Shown here piece by piece: positions 9,586-19,104 of a DNA stretch of 64,000 nt. Source of the DNA: an uncultured Chloroflexia bacterium (GTDB lineage: Bacteria > Chloroflexota > Limnocylindria > Limnocylindrales > CSP1-4); the NCBI GenBank assembly GCA_963768655.1, contig CAVYIM010000004.1, forward strand, positions 160,001-224,000. The letters are read 5' to 3'. Position 1 is the first letter of the stretch; every line of letters begins with the position of its first letter. Below the pieces are notes generated by a model. The model did not search any database and had not been told where the DNA came from. It saw only the letters and a list, made by a program, of their open reading frames with translations. The translations under genes and the position numbers were made by a program.

Positions 9586-10169
9586 TGGGCTCGCTCCAGC
9601 TGATCGGCCCGCTGCAGGATCGCCTGCAGTTGCTTCTTCTGGTGGATCTGGTGGGGCAGGATCCCGATCCGACCGTGGCGGAAGAGGCCGAAGGCCATGG
9701 GCGTCATCCCCGGCAACCGCAGGATGTAGTGGCGCAGGTAGTGGCGCGCCGTCAGGCCGATCTCCCAGCTGCGGCCGAAGCGCCTGGCCTGGCCGATGAA
9801 GACGCCGGTGAAGTCGGGCCCGACGTTGTTCGGATAGGTGTGCTCCTCTTCCGCGATGACCTTGAGGGCGTACATCACGTCCGTGATTTCAATGTCCTGC
9901 GGGCAGCGAACCACGCAGTGGTAGCAGGAGAGGCACATCCACGGCGTGTTGCTGTGGAGGACCTCGTCACGCTCGCCGGCGCGGATGAGCGCGAACAGCC
10001 CGCGCGGCGTGTGGTCCATGGCGTCCGCGGAGGGACAGGAACCTCCGCAGGAGCCGCACTGGATGCACATCTCGAGGCGCGAGACGCCTGCAGTCTTCGC
10101 GCCCACCTCGGCGAGGAAACGAACGCCCGCGTCCGTCACCTCCGGAGATGAGACCTGAGCCACGACCAT
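9582..10169 (-). CDS. hdrC: Heterodisulfide reductase subunit C (2x 4Fe-4S)
   Basis: CIQCGSCGGSCP and WMCLSCYHCVVRCP; first gene of the coupled operon. Confidence 0.92.
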   Translation of the reverse strand: MVVAQVSSPEVTDAGVRFLAEVGAKTAGVSRLEMCIQCGSCGGSCPSADAMDHTPRGLFALIRAGERDEVLHSNTPWMCLSCYHCVVRCPQDIEITDVMYALKVIAEEEHTYPNNVGPDFTGVFIGQARRFGRSWEIGLTARHYLRHYILRLPGMTPMAFGLFRHGRIGILPHQIHQKKQLQAILQRADQLERAQ

Positions 10170-10609
10170 CCAAATGCCCCTTTGGTTACCGGTTTGGCCC
10201 TGGTCGACCTTGCTCCGGTCGCGCGCCGCAGCGGACGTCCGCGCCTACCTCGTGCGCGAGCGTCCGGCAACGGCGGAACCGTTCAGCCACGACCGTCCAG
10301 AGTTTGGCCGGGGTTGCGGGATATGAAGTGGGGACGCCACTGCGCTCTTGCCGGGGCGCTCCGGGCCGGGCTTCGGTGGCAACGGACCGGAGACCGACTA
10401 TGCGGGCCGCGTGACGCGGACCTACCTGTTGCCTTGTAGCTATTCTCGGAAGCCGGGTTCGGTGCCGATAGGGCCGCATGACCCGGCCCATCGGGGGCCA
10501 ACCCGCCCGCGTTTCCCGGCCTCTTGGGGCTGGGGCAGCGGACAGCGGCACGACCCATACGGGCGGTATTGGGCTCGTTCGAGGGTGGACGGTAGGGCCG
10601 CCGGTAGAT

Positions 10610-12043
10610 TCAGGAGCAGAAGCGGGAGACGGCGTCCCAGAGCACGGGCAGGCCGAAGCGCAGCGCCTCGACGCCGACGCGCTCGTCGTCGCCGTGCATC
10701 AGGTTCAGGAGACCCTCGTCGCGGGCGAGGCGCAGCGGCGAGAAGCCGTACGTCGGAACGCCGATGCGGGCCAGGTGCTTGGCATCCGTGGCGAACGGGG
10801 CGAGGAACGGCAGCGGCACCGCGGCGGCGTCGTGGTCGCGCAGGACGTGCTCGAGGAGCTGGTAGAGCGGCCCGTCGAGCGGCGCGGAAACGGAGGGCCC
10901 GATCTGCTCGCATTCGATGTCCATGCGCGCCCACAACTCCTCGCCGATGCGACGGCGCAGCTCCTCGCGCATGGCCGGCTCGTCGGTGCCGGGGAGCGTC
11001 CGGCAGTCTATCTCGATATGGGCTGTGCCGGGGATGACGTTGTACTTCACCCCGGACTGAACGATGCCGACGGAGACGGTGTCGTGGAGGATGGCCGAGA
11101 CGGTACGGGCCAGGACCGGATCGCACAGATCTCGGAGAGTGGCCTCGATGGCCCCCGGCTCGGGGGCGGTCAGGCCGTTAGCCCCCGCCAGGAGGCCCTG
11201 GATGGCGCGCGCCGCCCGGGCCGTCAGGTGCGGGATTGCCCGCGCCAGCGACACTGCGATCGGCTCCGTGAGGCGCGCCGGCCCCGGCTCCGCCAGGCGC
11301 GTCACGATTTGAGCGGCCAGAACCGCGGCGTTGTCCGGCGTAGGTATGGAGCCGTGGCCCCAGCGGCCCTTGACGTGGATCTTGTAGACGACGAAGCCCT
11401 TCTCCGCCACCTGGATCGGATAGAAGCGGACGCCACCGTAGGTCGTCGCGATGCCGCCCGCCTCGTTCAGCGCCCCGGCGGCGCGCAGCCAGTCGGGGTG
11501 CTCGTTGACCAGCCAGTCGGCACCGTGCCAGCCGCCGGCCTCCTCGTCGGCGGAGGAGCAGAAGATGACGTCGCGGCGCAAGCCCGGGATCGGATCTTCG
11601 GCTGGACTGCGGCCGTTGGCGCGCGCTGCCCGGGCGAGGCGGCGCATGACCTGCACCTCCATCGCCACCATGCCCTTCATGTCGATCGCGCCGCGACCCC
11701 AGACGTAGCCGTCCACGAGATCCCCGCCGAACGGGTCGTGCTTCCAGCCGGCCGGTTCCGCGGGCACGACGTCGAGGTGTGAGAGAAGCAGCAGCGGGTC
11801 GCCGCCGCTGCCGTCGCCGCGGACGCGGGCCACGATGGATCCGCGGCCGGGAAACGGCTCCACGACCGTCGGCCGGAGGCCTTCGTCGACGAGCACCTGC
11901 TCCAGATAGCGCGCCGCCAGGATCTCGTCGCCGGGCGGGTTGACGCTCTTGATCCGAATGAGCGCCCGAAGCAGCTCGACGAGTTCCGAGAGCTCCGTAT
12001 CGGACAACCTGCCGTCTCGTTCGCTGCGCATCTCGCCGGTCAC
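10610..12043 (-). CDS. M20/M25/M40 family metallopeptidase/amidohydrolase
   Basis: SHLDVVPA, WGRGAIDMKG, ADEE, NEAGG and a C-terminal HGDDER; GGAGG RBS before GTG at 12043. Confidence 0.9.
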   Translation of the reverse strand: MTGEMRSERDGRLSDTELSELVELLRALIRIKSVNPPGDEILAARYLEQVLVDEGLRPTVVEPFPGRGSIVARVRGDGSGGDPLLLLSHLDVVPAEPAGWKHDPFGGDLVDGYVWGRGAIDMKGMVAMEVQVMRRLARAARANGRSPAEDPIPGLRRDVIFCSSADEEAGGWHGADWLVNEHPDWLRAAGALNEAGGIATTYGGVRFYPIQVAEKGFVVYKIHVKGRWGHGSIPTPDNAAVLAAQIVTRLAEPGPARLTEPIAVSLARAIPHLTARAARAIQGLLAGANGLTAPEPGAIEATLRDLCDPVLARTVSAILHDTVSVGIVQSGVKYNVIPGTAHIEIDCRTLPGTDEPAMREELRRRIGEELWARMDIECEQIGPSVSAPLDGPLYQLLEHVLRDHDAAAVPLPFLAPFATDAKHLARIGVPTYGFSPLRLARDEGLLNLMHGDDERVGVEALRFGLPVLWDAVSRFCS

Positions 12044-12358
12044 TCTCGCCTCCGAGCCGAATGGGTCGGCCGGTGGAGATCATGACCCAGTTGCCCGGGG
12101 AGTGCCATTCGTGGGCTACCTGGACCAGTTCCCCTCATCCGGGAATTGGGCGTCCTTTCGGCAGGTGCACGGCGTGGTAGAGGCGGTGCAGGCCTCCGTC
12201 GGGCCGGCGGTCACGCTCGGCCCGACGATCAGACGCGCCACGAGCCGTGGGATCCGGCCCAAAGCCGGGCCAGACCTGGCCCTCCCACCCGGCTGGAATT
12301 GGACGACATGGCGCGAGCCGCTCGATGGGCGCCCGAACGACGGCCCGCCCTGCTCCGC

Positions 12359-14119
12359 CTACTTACCCGCGGACGTCGCCAGCCGCTCCGCCAGCCGCTC
12401 TCCGGTGGTGACCGCCCCGAGCGACGCGGACGAGACCAAGGCCGCGTACTTGGCCATGACGCCGGTCTTGTAGCGCGGCGCGGGTGAGGTCCAGCGTGCG
12501 CGCCGCGCCGCCAGGACGCCCGCCGGAACGTTGAGGTCCAGGGCGTGACGGTCGACGTCGATGACGATCTCGTCGCCCTCCTCGACCAGCGCGATCGGGC
12601 CGCCCAGCGCCGCCTCCGGCGCCACGTGGCCGATCATCAACCCGTGGGTGCCGCCGGAGAAGCGGCCGTCGGTGAGCAGGGCCACGTAGTCGCCCATGCC
12701 CTCGCCGGATAGCGCCGCCGTGACCGAGAGCATCTCCTGCATGCCGGGTCCGCCGACCGGACCCTCGTAGCGGATCACGATCACATCTTCCTTGTTGATC
12801 TTCTGGTTGCGGACGGCGTCGTAGCAGGCGTTCTCGGTGTCGAAGACGCGGGCCGGGCCCTTGTGGAAGCGGCGCTCGTGACCGGCCAGCTTGATGACAC
12901 AGCCTTCCGGGGCCAGCGTGCCGTGCAGGATCGTCAGGCCGCCGGTCGGGCTGAGCGGAGTCTCGATCGGCACGACGACCTTCTGGCCGGCCGTCTCGAC
13001 CGTGGCCGCCGCCGCGCTGGCGATCGTGCCGCCGTCGACGTTGGGGGTGGAGCCGTCGATCAGGCCCTTCTTGAGCAGCTCGCGGGTGACGAGGGAGAGT
13101 CCGCCGGCTTCGTAGAGGTCGGCGGCGGCATAGTGCCCACCGGGCACCAGGTCGCCGATGATCGGGGTCCGATCGGCGATCTCGCCGAAGACGTCGATGT
13201 CGAGCGGCGGGAGGCCGTATTCGTGGGCGATGGCCAGCAGGTGCAGAACGGCGTTGGTCGAGCCGCCGGTCGCGGCCACGCACGCGATCGCGTTCTGGAT
13301 CGACGCGCGGGTGACGAACTCCTTGGGCCGGACGTCGCGCCGGATCAGGTCCATCACGATCTCGCCGCAGCGATGCGCTGCCCTGTCCTTGTCCGGATGC
13401 TCGGCCGGGATGCCGTTGAGGCCCGCCGGCGAGAGGCCCAGGATCTCGAGGACCATCGACATCGTATTGGCGGTGTACTGCCCGCCGCACGCCCCGGCGC
13501 CCGGGCAGCTCACCGACTCGATCTCGTACAGCTCCTCGGCCGACATCTTGCCGGCCCGGTACGCACCGATGGCCTCGAAGATGGTGACGATCGTGGCGTC
13601 GCGCTTGCCCCTGTACACGCCCGGATAGATCGTGCCGTTGTAGAGGATCAGGCCAGGCCGGTCGAGGCGGCCAAGGGCCATCACGGCGCCCGGGATCGTC
13701 TTGTCGCAGCCCACCAGGCAGACGACGCCGTCGAGCATGTGGCCGCGGACGCACAGCTCGATCGAATCGGCGATGACCTCACGGCTGATGAGGCTGGTCT
13801 TCATGCCCTCGGTGCCCATCGAGGTCCCGTCGGAGATGGAGATCGTGCTGAACTCCATCGGCGTGCCGCCCGCCGCCCGGATGCCCGCCTTGACGTGCTC
13901 CGCCAGCCGGCGCTGGTTGTAGTTGCACGGCATCGTCTCGATCCAGGTCGTGGCCACGCCGATGAGCGGCCGGGCTAGGGCGTTGTCGTCGAAGCCGATG
14001 GCCTTGAGCATGCCGCGCGCGGCGGCGCGGTCGGGGCCGTCGGTCAGGGCGGCGCTGTGGCGCTTGTCCGGGTTGCTGGGCAGGTCGTAGGGCAGGGGGC
14101 AAGGGGCGTCGTTCGACAT
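12359..14119 (-). CDS. ilvD: Dihydroxy-acid dehydratase
   Basis: [54 protein letters not shown]. Confidence 0.96.
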   Translation of the reverse strand: MSNDAPCPLPYDLPSNPDKRHSAALTDGPDRAAARGMLKAIGFDDNALARPLIGVATTWIETMPCNYNQRRLAEHVKAGIRAAGGTPMEFSTISISDGTSMGTEGMKTSLISREVIADSIELCVRGHMLDGVVCLVGCDKTIPGAVMALGRLDRPGLILYNGTIYPGVYRGKRDATIVTIFEAIGAYRAGKMSAEELYEIESVSCPGAGACGGQYTANTMSMVLEILGLSPAGLNGIPAEHPDKDRAAHRCGEIVMDLIRRDVRPKEFVTRASIQNAIACVAATGGSTNAVLHLLAIAHEYGLPPLDIDVFGEIADRTPIIGDLVPGGHYAAADLYEAGGLSLVTRELLKKGLIDGSTPNVDGGTIASAAAATVETAGQKVVVPIETPLSPTGGLTILHGTLAPEGCVIKLAGHERRFHKGPARVFDTENACYDAVRNQKINKEDVIVIRYEGPVGGPGMQEMLSVTAALSGEGMGDYVALLTDGRFSGGTHGLMIGHVAPEAALGGPIALVEEGDEIVIDVDRHALDLNVPAGVLAARRARWTSPAPRYKTGVMAKYAALVSSASLGAVTTGERLAERLATSAGK

Positions 14120-14248
14120 GGTGGGTCTCTCCGCGGGTCTGAGCGGCTGCGTCGTCGCGGTAAGTTTAGGGCCTGAGGGATGGCGGCCGAGCGCCGGCGC
14201 AACGCGCCCCCGGTCGAGGGCGGCGGCCGGTCGGACTCCGGCGGCGCT

Positions 14249-16033
14249 CTACAGCTTCGAGATGAGCCAGCCGAGGGCGCTGTTCAACGATGGTGAAGGG
14301 CCCGTCTGGACGACCACGTCAAGCGCCGTCCGCTGCCCGTTGGGTGCGGTGTTCACCGCCACGACCCACCACTGCCGGTACGGCGGCAGCTTCGTCAGGT
14401 CGACGGACTCGGCGCCGGACGGCGCGACCGTCGTGTCGGAGTTCGGAATGCCGGGCTTGACGCTGATCGTGGCTGCGGTCGCGGACGGATCGACGACGAC
14501 AAACGGCCCCTCCGTCGAAGCTGGCCAGAACTCCACGGTGACGACACCGCTACCGGCCGACGGGGGCACGCCATATTCGTAGGACCCGGTGTCGGTCTCG
14601 AACACTGTCAGCTCGACGGAACTGCCCTGTGCCAGCGGCGTTCCCGGCGTCGCGTTCGGGTCGAACGCGAACAACCGGCCGCCCGGCAGGAGCGTGAGGA
14701 TCGCCACCAGGAGAATCGCCGCGCCGGCGCCCCGCATGGTGTAGGCATTCTCGTTCGCGTGCCGGGGCCGGAATGTGCCGGCGACGAAAGCGACGGGCAC
14801 GGCCATGAGGGTTGCCACCGTGAGCGCGTCCTGGTAGCCGGGCAGGAGCAGAGCCAGGATGAGCACGCCGACCGCCCCGCCGACCGCCCACGGCAGGCGA
14901 AGCGTGGCGTCGCGGTGCCGGCTGATCCGGGCCAGCTGGCCCATGCTTAGGCGCCCGGCGGCGAACGCTCCCAGGCAGGTCATGATCGCGACCTGGTTGG
15001 TGGCCCATTCGGCGGACTCGAGCACGGTGACGTGGAGGCCTGTCAGGCTGACGATCCCGACGACCATGTCGGTGATGCCGGGCGCCACGACCAGGACCGC
15101 TATCGAAAGGAAGAGCCACAGCACCATCTCGGCCACGAGCAAGAACAGGGCTCGGCGGATGGCGCGGTTGAGCCGGCCCGGCGACTGCTCCGCCTGCTCG
15201 ATGAGAGCCGCCAGGTCGAGCGGCGGCCCGAGCCGGCTCGTGGCCTCGGACGCGGCCGCCTCCGGGCCGTAGCCGTGCTGCTCCAGAGCCCCGGCCGAAT
15301 CGACCAGGTGATCGCCGATCTCCTGGCAGACCCGATCCAGCTCGATCCTGGGCAGGTCCAGGCGGGCGCCGAGGTCGTCCACATAAGCCGCCAGAGCGGC
15401 CCCGCCGGGCCGCCGACCTTCACCGGACGCCGGGCCGGGTTCAGCCGGGAACGGCGGCCGGGTCTCGATGTACCGGTCGATGCGGGGAGTGGCGCGGGGC
15501 GTTGGCGGCGGCGCGGGTGCGTTGGCCGATGGCGCGGGCGCGGGCAGCGAGGCCGTCGCGGGGCCCGTCGCCGCGGACGTCCGAGCCGGAGCCGGAGCCG
15601 CGCCCTCGGGCGTCGCCGGGCGCGCCGTCGACGCCGTGTCCCTGGGCATGAACCACGAGCCGGCTTCGGGGTCGGGGCTGGCAAGTCGACGCTCCGCGCG
15701 GTCGGGCGCTCTGAACTGGCCCTGGTTGGCACGGGAGCCGGCCGGAGACCAGTCGGGTTCGTCGGCGCGTTCCAGGGCGCGCACGGTCGGGCGGTACTTG
15801 CGCCTGGTCCGCTCCCCGGCATGCCAGTCGCTCTGGAGCAGGCCCTCCGCCTCGAGGCGGTAGAGAGTGGGGTAGAGATGGGCCTCGGTGAGCCGGCTGG
15901 GGATGCCCTGCGCCGATCCGAGCCACCGCCAGATCTCGAAGCCGGAGAGCTCCTGTCCGCGTAGCGAGTCGATGATGGCGCGGTCGACCCCCTCGTCCAC
16001 GATCAATGGACCGTCCCGGCCCGACTGATACAT
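14249..16033 (-). CDS. Fused PadR-like wHTH + Pro/Ala linker + HAAS-type helical domain + multi-pass membrane/extracytoplasmic protein
   Basis: N-terminal 'ELSGFEI...HLYPTLYRLEAEGLLQSDW...RRKYR' (PadR), then 'YVDDLGARL...EIGDHLVD...RLGPP.DLA' (HAAS/permease-prefix-like), several hydrophobic helices and a soluble C-terminal domain. Confidence 0.75.
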   Translation of the reverse strand: MYQSGRDGPLIVDEGVDRAIIDSLRGQELSGFEIWRWLGSAQGIPSRLTEAHLYPTLYRLEAEGLLQSDWHAGERTRRKYRPTVRALERADEPDWSPAGSRANQGQFRAPDRAERRLASPDPEAGSWFMPRDTASTARPATPEGAAPAPARTSAATGPATASLPAPAPSANAPAPPPTPRATPRIDRYIETRPPFPAEPGPASGEGRRPGGAALAAYVDDLGARLDLPRIELDRVCQEIGDHLVDSAGALEQHGYGPEAAASEATSRLGPPLDLAALIEQAEQSPGRLNRAIRRALFLLVAEMVLWLFLSIAVLVVAPGITDMVVGIVSLTGLHVTVLESAEWATNQVAIMTCLGAFAAGRLSMGQLARISRHRDATLRLPWAVGGAVGVLILALLLPGYQDALTVATLMAVPVAFVAGTFRPRHANENAYTMRGAGAAILLVAILTLLPGGRLFAFDPNATPGTPLAQGSSVELTVFETDTGSYEYGVPPSAGSGVVTVEFWPASTEGPFVVVDPSATAATISVKPGIPNSDTTVAPSGAESVDLTKLPPYRQWWVVAVNTAPNGQRTALDVVVQTGPSPSLNSALGWLISKL

Positions 16034-16145
16034 CCACCACCACCGTACACATGCGGCTCAGATGCGAGTTGGTCGCGCCGAGGAGTGTAGTCGTCGCCTG
16101 GCCCAGGCGCCGACGGGCCCGCCGGCCCCGGCAACGCCTGTAGAA

Positions 16146-17576
16146 CTAACCGGCAGCCGTCAGCCAGTCCCAGATTGTGCCGGTGAAGTTCCTTTCGACG
16201 AAGAACGGCCGGTCGCCGAGCCAGTACCGCTGGCCGTCCGCGCCTATGCCGGTCAGGAAGATCCACCATTTCGGAGTGCGGGAGCCGTTCAGGTTGATCG
16301 CGTCCTGGATCGTGTCGTCCGGACCAACGATCGCAACCGCACTCGCATAAGGCGCCGAGTAGCTCGTGTCCAGCAGGCCGAGCATGACTCCGGACGGAGC
16401 GCCGGGATACGCGTTGGCGCGCCAGGCCTCGATGCGGAGGTCGTGGAACGCGGATAGCATGGCCGGGTCCTGGACGGTGATCGTGGGAGCGACGCCGACC
16501 ACGGAGCTCGAGTAGTCGAGATTGATTGCCTGATCGGGCGCGTGCGGCGCTACGTGGTTCCAGCCGATGCTGTCGTCGGTGTAACTGACGCTCCAGCCGC
16601 CGGCCTGCCCGTTGACCCCGAACGGACCCAGCACGCCTGCCAGCACGACGAAGCCGACCAGGAGCCCGCCTGCAATGGCGAGTCGCCGGCCGGTCACCGC
16701 CGGAACACGCACCCGCACCTTGACCAGCGCCCCGGCCGCGAAGGTCAGCGGGATGGCAAGCTCGAACACGACGACGAGCCAGCTCTGCTGGACGGTGACC
16801 ACGAAGACGACGAGCCAGCCGAGCCCAAGCATCCCGGCGAGCGCCCACCAGGGGCCGAGTTGGGTCGCCGTCCGGCCGCTGACCAGAGCGCAGGCTCGGA
16901 CCGCCCGACGGCCGGCCACGAATGCGGGCAACCAGGCGATGGCCGCCCCGACGGCGGTGCCGAATCCCAGCTCGCTCTGGTCGAACTCGACGGGAATGAA
17001 GTGGTTGGCGACGAAGTCGACGAGCGGTCTCAGCCCGACTCCGATCACGAGCGCCGCAACGAACAAGACCCAGAATGCCAGGATCGTGCCCTGAATCGCG
17101 CCGACGCCGGCGGCCCAGACGCCGCCGGCGGCGCCGGCGAGCAACCGTCGCGTCGACTGGTGGGCCCGGCGGAGTTGCCGTGCCAGATCCTCCGTCCGAC
17201 CCAGTCGAGCCAGGGCTTCGCCGACCGCAAAGTCGAAATCGCGCCCCTCGGCCTGAATTGCGGCGATGGAGTCGGTGAGGTGGTCGGACAGCTCGGCACG
17301 GATCTCCGCGCGCATTTCAGCCGGCAATTCGAGTTGAGAGTCGAGGCGGGTCAGGTACTCCGCCGCCTCCGCCGGAAGCTGATCCGGGACGCGCCCCTGG
17401 AGCGTTTGCTTGCTCGCGGCCGACCGCGCGTTGCGCCTGCCAAGTTCGACCTGGCCCCAGAACGCCCATGCGAGCAGAACCACGATGGTCGCGGGCAACG
17501 TGCCCGCTCTCGCGAAGGCCGCCGTCGCCAGAATCAGGATTGCCGACGCAAGCACGGCCGAGAAGAACCTAGCCAT
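16146..17576 (-). CDS. HAAS/permease-prefix-domain multi-pass membrane protein (PadR partner)
   Basis: 'EYLTRLDSQL...RAEIRAELSDHL...ALARLGRTEDLARQL' followed by ~6 TM segments. ATG at 17576 overlaps the padR stop. Confidence 0.75.
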   Translation of the reverse strand: MARFFSAVLASAILILATAAFARAGTLPATIVVLLAWAFWGQVELGRRNARSAASKQTLQGRVPDQLPAEAAEYLTRLDSQLELPAEMRAEIRAELSDHLTDSIAAIQAEGRDFDFAVGEALARLGRTEDLARQLRRAHQSTRRLLAGAAGGVWAAGVGAIQGTILAFWVLFVAALVIGVGLRPLVDFVANHFIPVEFDQSELGFGTAVGAAIAWLPAFVAGRRAVRACALVSGRTATQLGPWWALAGMLGLGWLVVFVVTVQQSWLVVVFELAIPLTFAAGALVKVRVRVPAVTGRRLAIAGGLLVGFVVLAGVLGPFGVNGQAGGWSVSYTDDSIGWNHVAPHAPDQAINLDYSSSVVGVAPTITVQDPAMLSAFHDLRIEAWRANAYPGAPSGVMLGLLDTSYSAPYASAVAIVGPDDTIQDAINLNGSRTPKWWIFLTGIGADGQRYWLGDRPFFVERNFTGTIWDWLTAAG

Positions 17577-17916
17577 TGGCCCGCGTCCCAACCGCTCGCG
17601 CCATCCCTACCGAGAAAGCGGCCCATTCGGCTTCGTGTTCCGCAAGCAGGCCGCTGCCCGTTGGCGTGATGCGGTAGTACCGGCGCCGCGGGCCCTTGTC
17701 GCTGTCGCGCCACTCGGCCTGGAGGGCGCCGTCGGCCTCGAGGCTGTGGAGCGCCGGATACAGCGACCCCTCGCTCGGCGCGAAGGCGCCGCCGCTCCGC
17801 TCGCGAACGCGCTGTGCGATCTCGTAGCCGTACAGCTCGCCGTCGCGCAGGACGCTCAGAACCAGGAGTGGAGTCGTGCCCTTGAGAAGCTGGCCCCGGA
17901 TCTTTCCTGCGCCCAC
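17569..17916 (-). CDS. PadR family transcriptional regulator (~115 aa)
   Basis: LLKGT..LLVLSVL..GELYGYEI...EGSLYPALH.LE..G...RRRYY.IT..G; GTG at 17916 with GGAGG RBS. Confidence 0.92.
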   Translation of the reverse strand: MGAGKIRGQLLKGTTPLLVLSVLRDGELYGYEIAQRVRERSGGAFAPSEGSLYPALHSLEADGALQAEWRDSDKGPRRRYYRITPTGSGLLAEHEAEWAAFSVGMARAVGTRANG

Positions 17917-17934
17917 GGCTACCTCCGTACACGC

Positions 17935-17984
17935 TCTATCATATAACGAGGTAGATCGTAGGCGATTGCGACCTCGCGTGTCAA
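17935..17984 (-). promoter_or_regulatory. Sigma70-type promoter of the padR operon with overlapping imperfect palindrome
   Basis: Minus strand reads TTGACA (17984-17979), 18 nt, TACGAT (17960-17955). An AT-rich imperfect inverted repeat TCTAtC-N9-GgTAGA at 17935-17955 lies just downstream. Confidence 0.6.
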
Positions 17985-18400
17985 CGACATCGCGGCGGGC
18001 TTCGAGCGATCGGCAGCGGGCGCTATCGCGGCGCGATGCCTTCGCGCCGTGGGCCTGGGGCTTGTGCCCAGGGCCAAGCACAGACGCGGCAGTCCGGGCG
18101 AGTCTGAACCGGACATGCTCGTCTGGAGACACACGTCGAGCGAGGGGAGTGTCAACGAGCCGCCGTCGACGTCGGGACTGTTCGTTTGGAGCCACACAAC
18201 CGACGCCAGCAGAGCGTCCAGGTCGAGAATGTGGTCGCGGCTGGGCAGGATTGGCGAGTGAGCGGTCCGCTCTCGGCGCCATGTGGCGTATGTGGTTGTA
18301 TATGTACCTGAATACGAGCAGCCGATCGCCGAAGACGCCCCGATTGTCAGATGTGGATGTCTGGCCGGGCAGGAACGACCGCGCCGCGGCGCGCGCACGT

Positions 18401-18434
18401 AGGAAAAGAGGCCCGCTGGCGAATGGCGGGCCTC
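18401..18434 (-). terminator. Intrinsic terminator after leuCD
   Basis: Stem GAGGCCCGC/GCGGGCCTC (18408-18434) followed on the minus strand by TTTTCCT, ~50 nt after the leuD stop. Confidence 0.6.
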
Positions 18435-18485
18435 AAGTGGTCGGAGCGGGCGGCTATCGCGTGGCGGCGCCTTCACGCCGCGAGC

Positions 18486-19103
18486 CTAGGCTCGCAAGGT
18501 GTCGACGCGGGCCGGGTGGGCGGCTTCCCAGGCTTCGATCGCCGGCAGCTTCGAGCGCACGTAGCCGATCTCGTCGGTGCCGGCCAGGATCATCGCCCGG
18601 GCGAACGGATCGATCTCGAACGCGAACGACTCGCCGCCGGGCAACGCGACCCTTTCGGCCTCCAGATCCACGGTCCACTCGCCATCGGGCGCGGCCGAAA
18701 CCAGAGCCTGGAGAGCGGCGAGCCGCTCGGCGGAGACGACGATCGGCAGGAGCGCGTTCTTCAGCGCGTTGGCCCGGAAGATGTCGGCGAAGCTGGTCGA
18801 GACGATGGCCCGGATGCCCCACGCCCGCAGCGCCCACGGGGCGTGCTCGCGCGAGGATCCGGCGCCGAAGTTGTCGCCGACCAGGAGGATCTGGCGGCCG
18901 GCGTTGTGCGGCTCGTCGATGAAAGACGGCGGCACGCGCCGCTTCCCGTCCGGCGTGAAGCGCCAGTCGAAGAAGAGCGCGTCGGCCAGACCGGCCTTGT
19001 CGGTGATCTTGAGGAAGCGGGCCGGGCAGATCTGATCCGTGTCGATGTTGGCGCGTGGGATCGAGATGACGCGGCTGGTGGTCGAAACGAATGGCTCGGG
19101 CAT
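18486..19103 (-). CDS. leuD: 3-isopropylmalate dehydratase small subunit
   Basis: NIDTDQI.PARFLK, NFGAGSSREHAPWAL, SFADIF..NA.KN.LLPI. Confidence 0.96.
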   Translation of the reverse strand: MPEPFVSTTSRVISIPRANIDTDQICPARFLKITDKAGLADALFFDWRFTPDGKRRVPPSFIDEPHNAGRQILLVGDNFGAGSSREHAPWALRAWGIRAIVSTSFADIFRANALKNALLPIVVSAERLAALQALVSAAPDGEWTVDLEAERVALPGGESFAFEIDPFARAMILAGTDEIGYVRSKLPAIEAWEAAHPARVDTLRA

Positions 19104-19104
19104 G

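Noticed and set aside
18040-18340. Degenerate direct and inverted repeats between padR and leuD (TCGTCTGGAGACACAC / TCGTTTGGAGCCACAC)
   Set aside because: Matches are short and gapped; I could not define boundaries or distinguish them from chance. Possibly a decayed element like those at 20776 and 55586.
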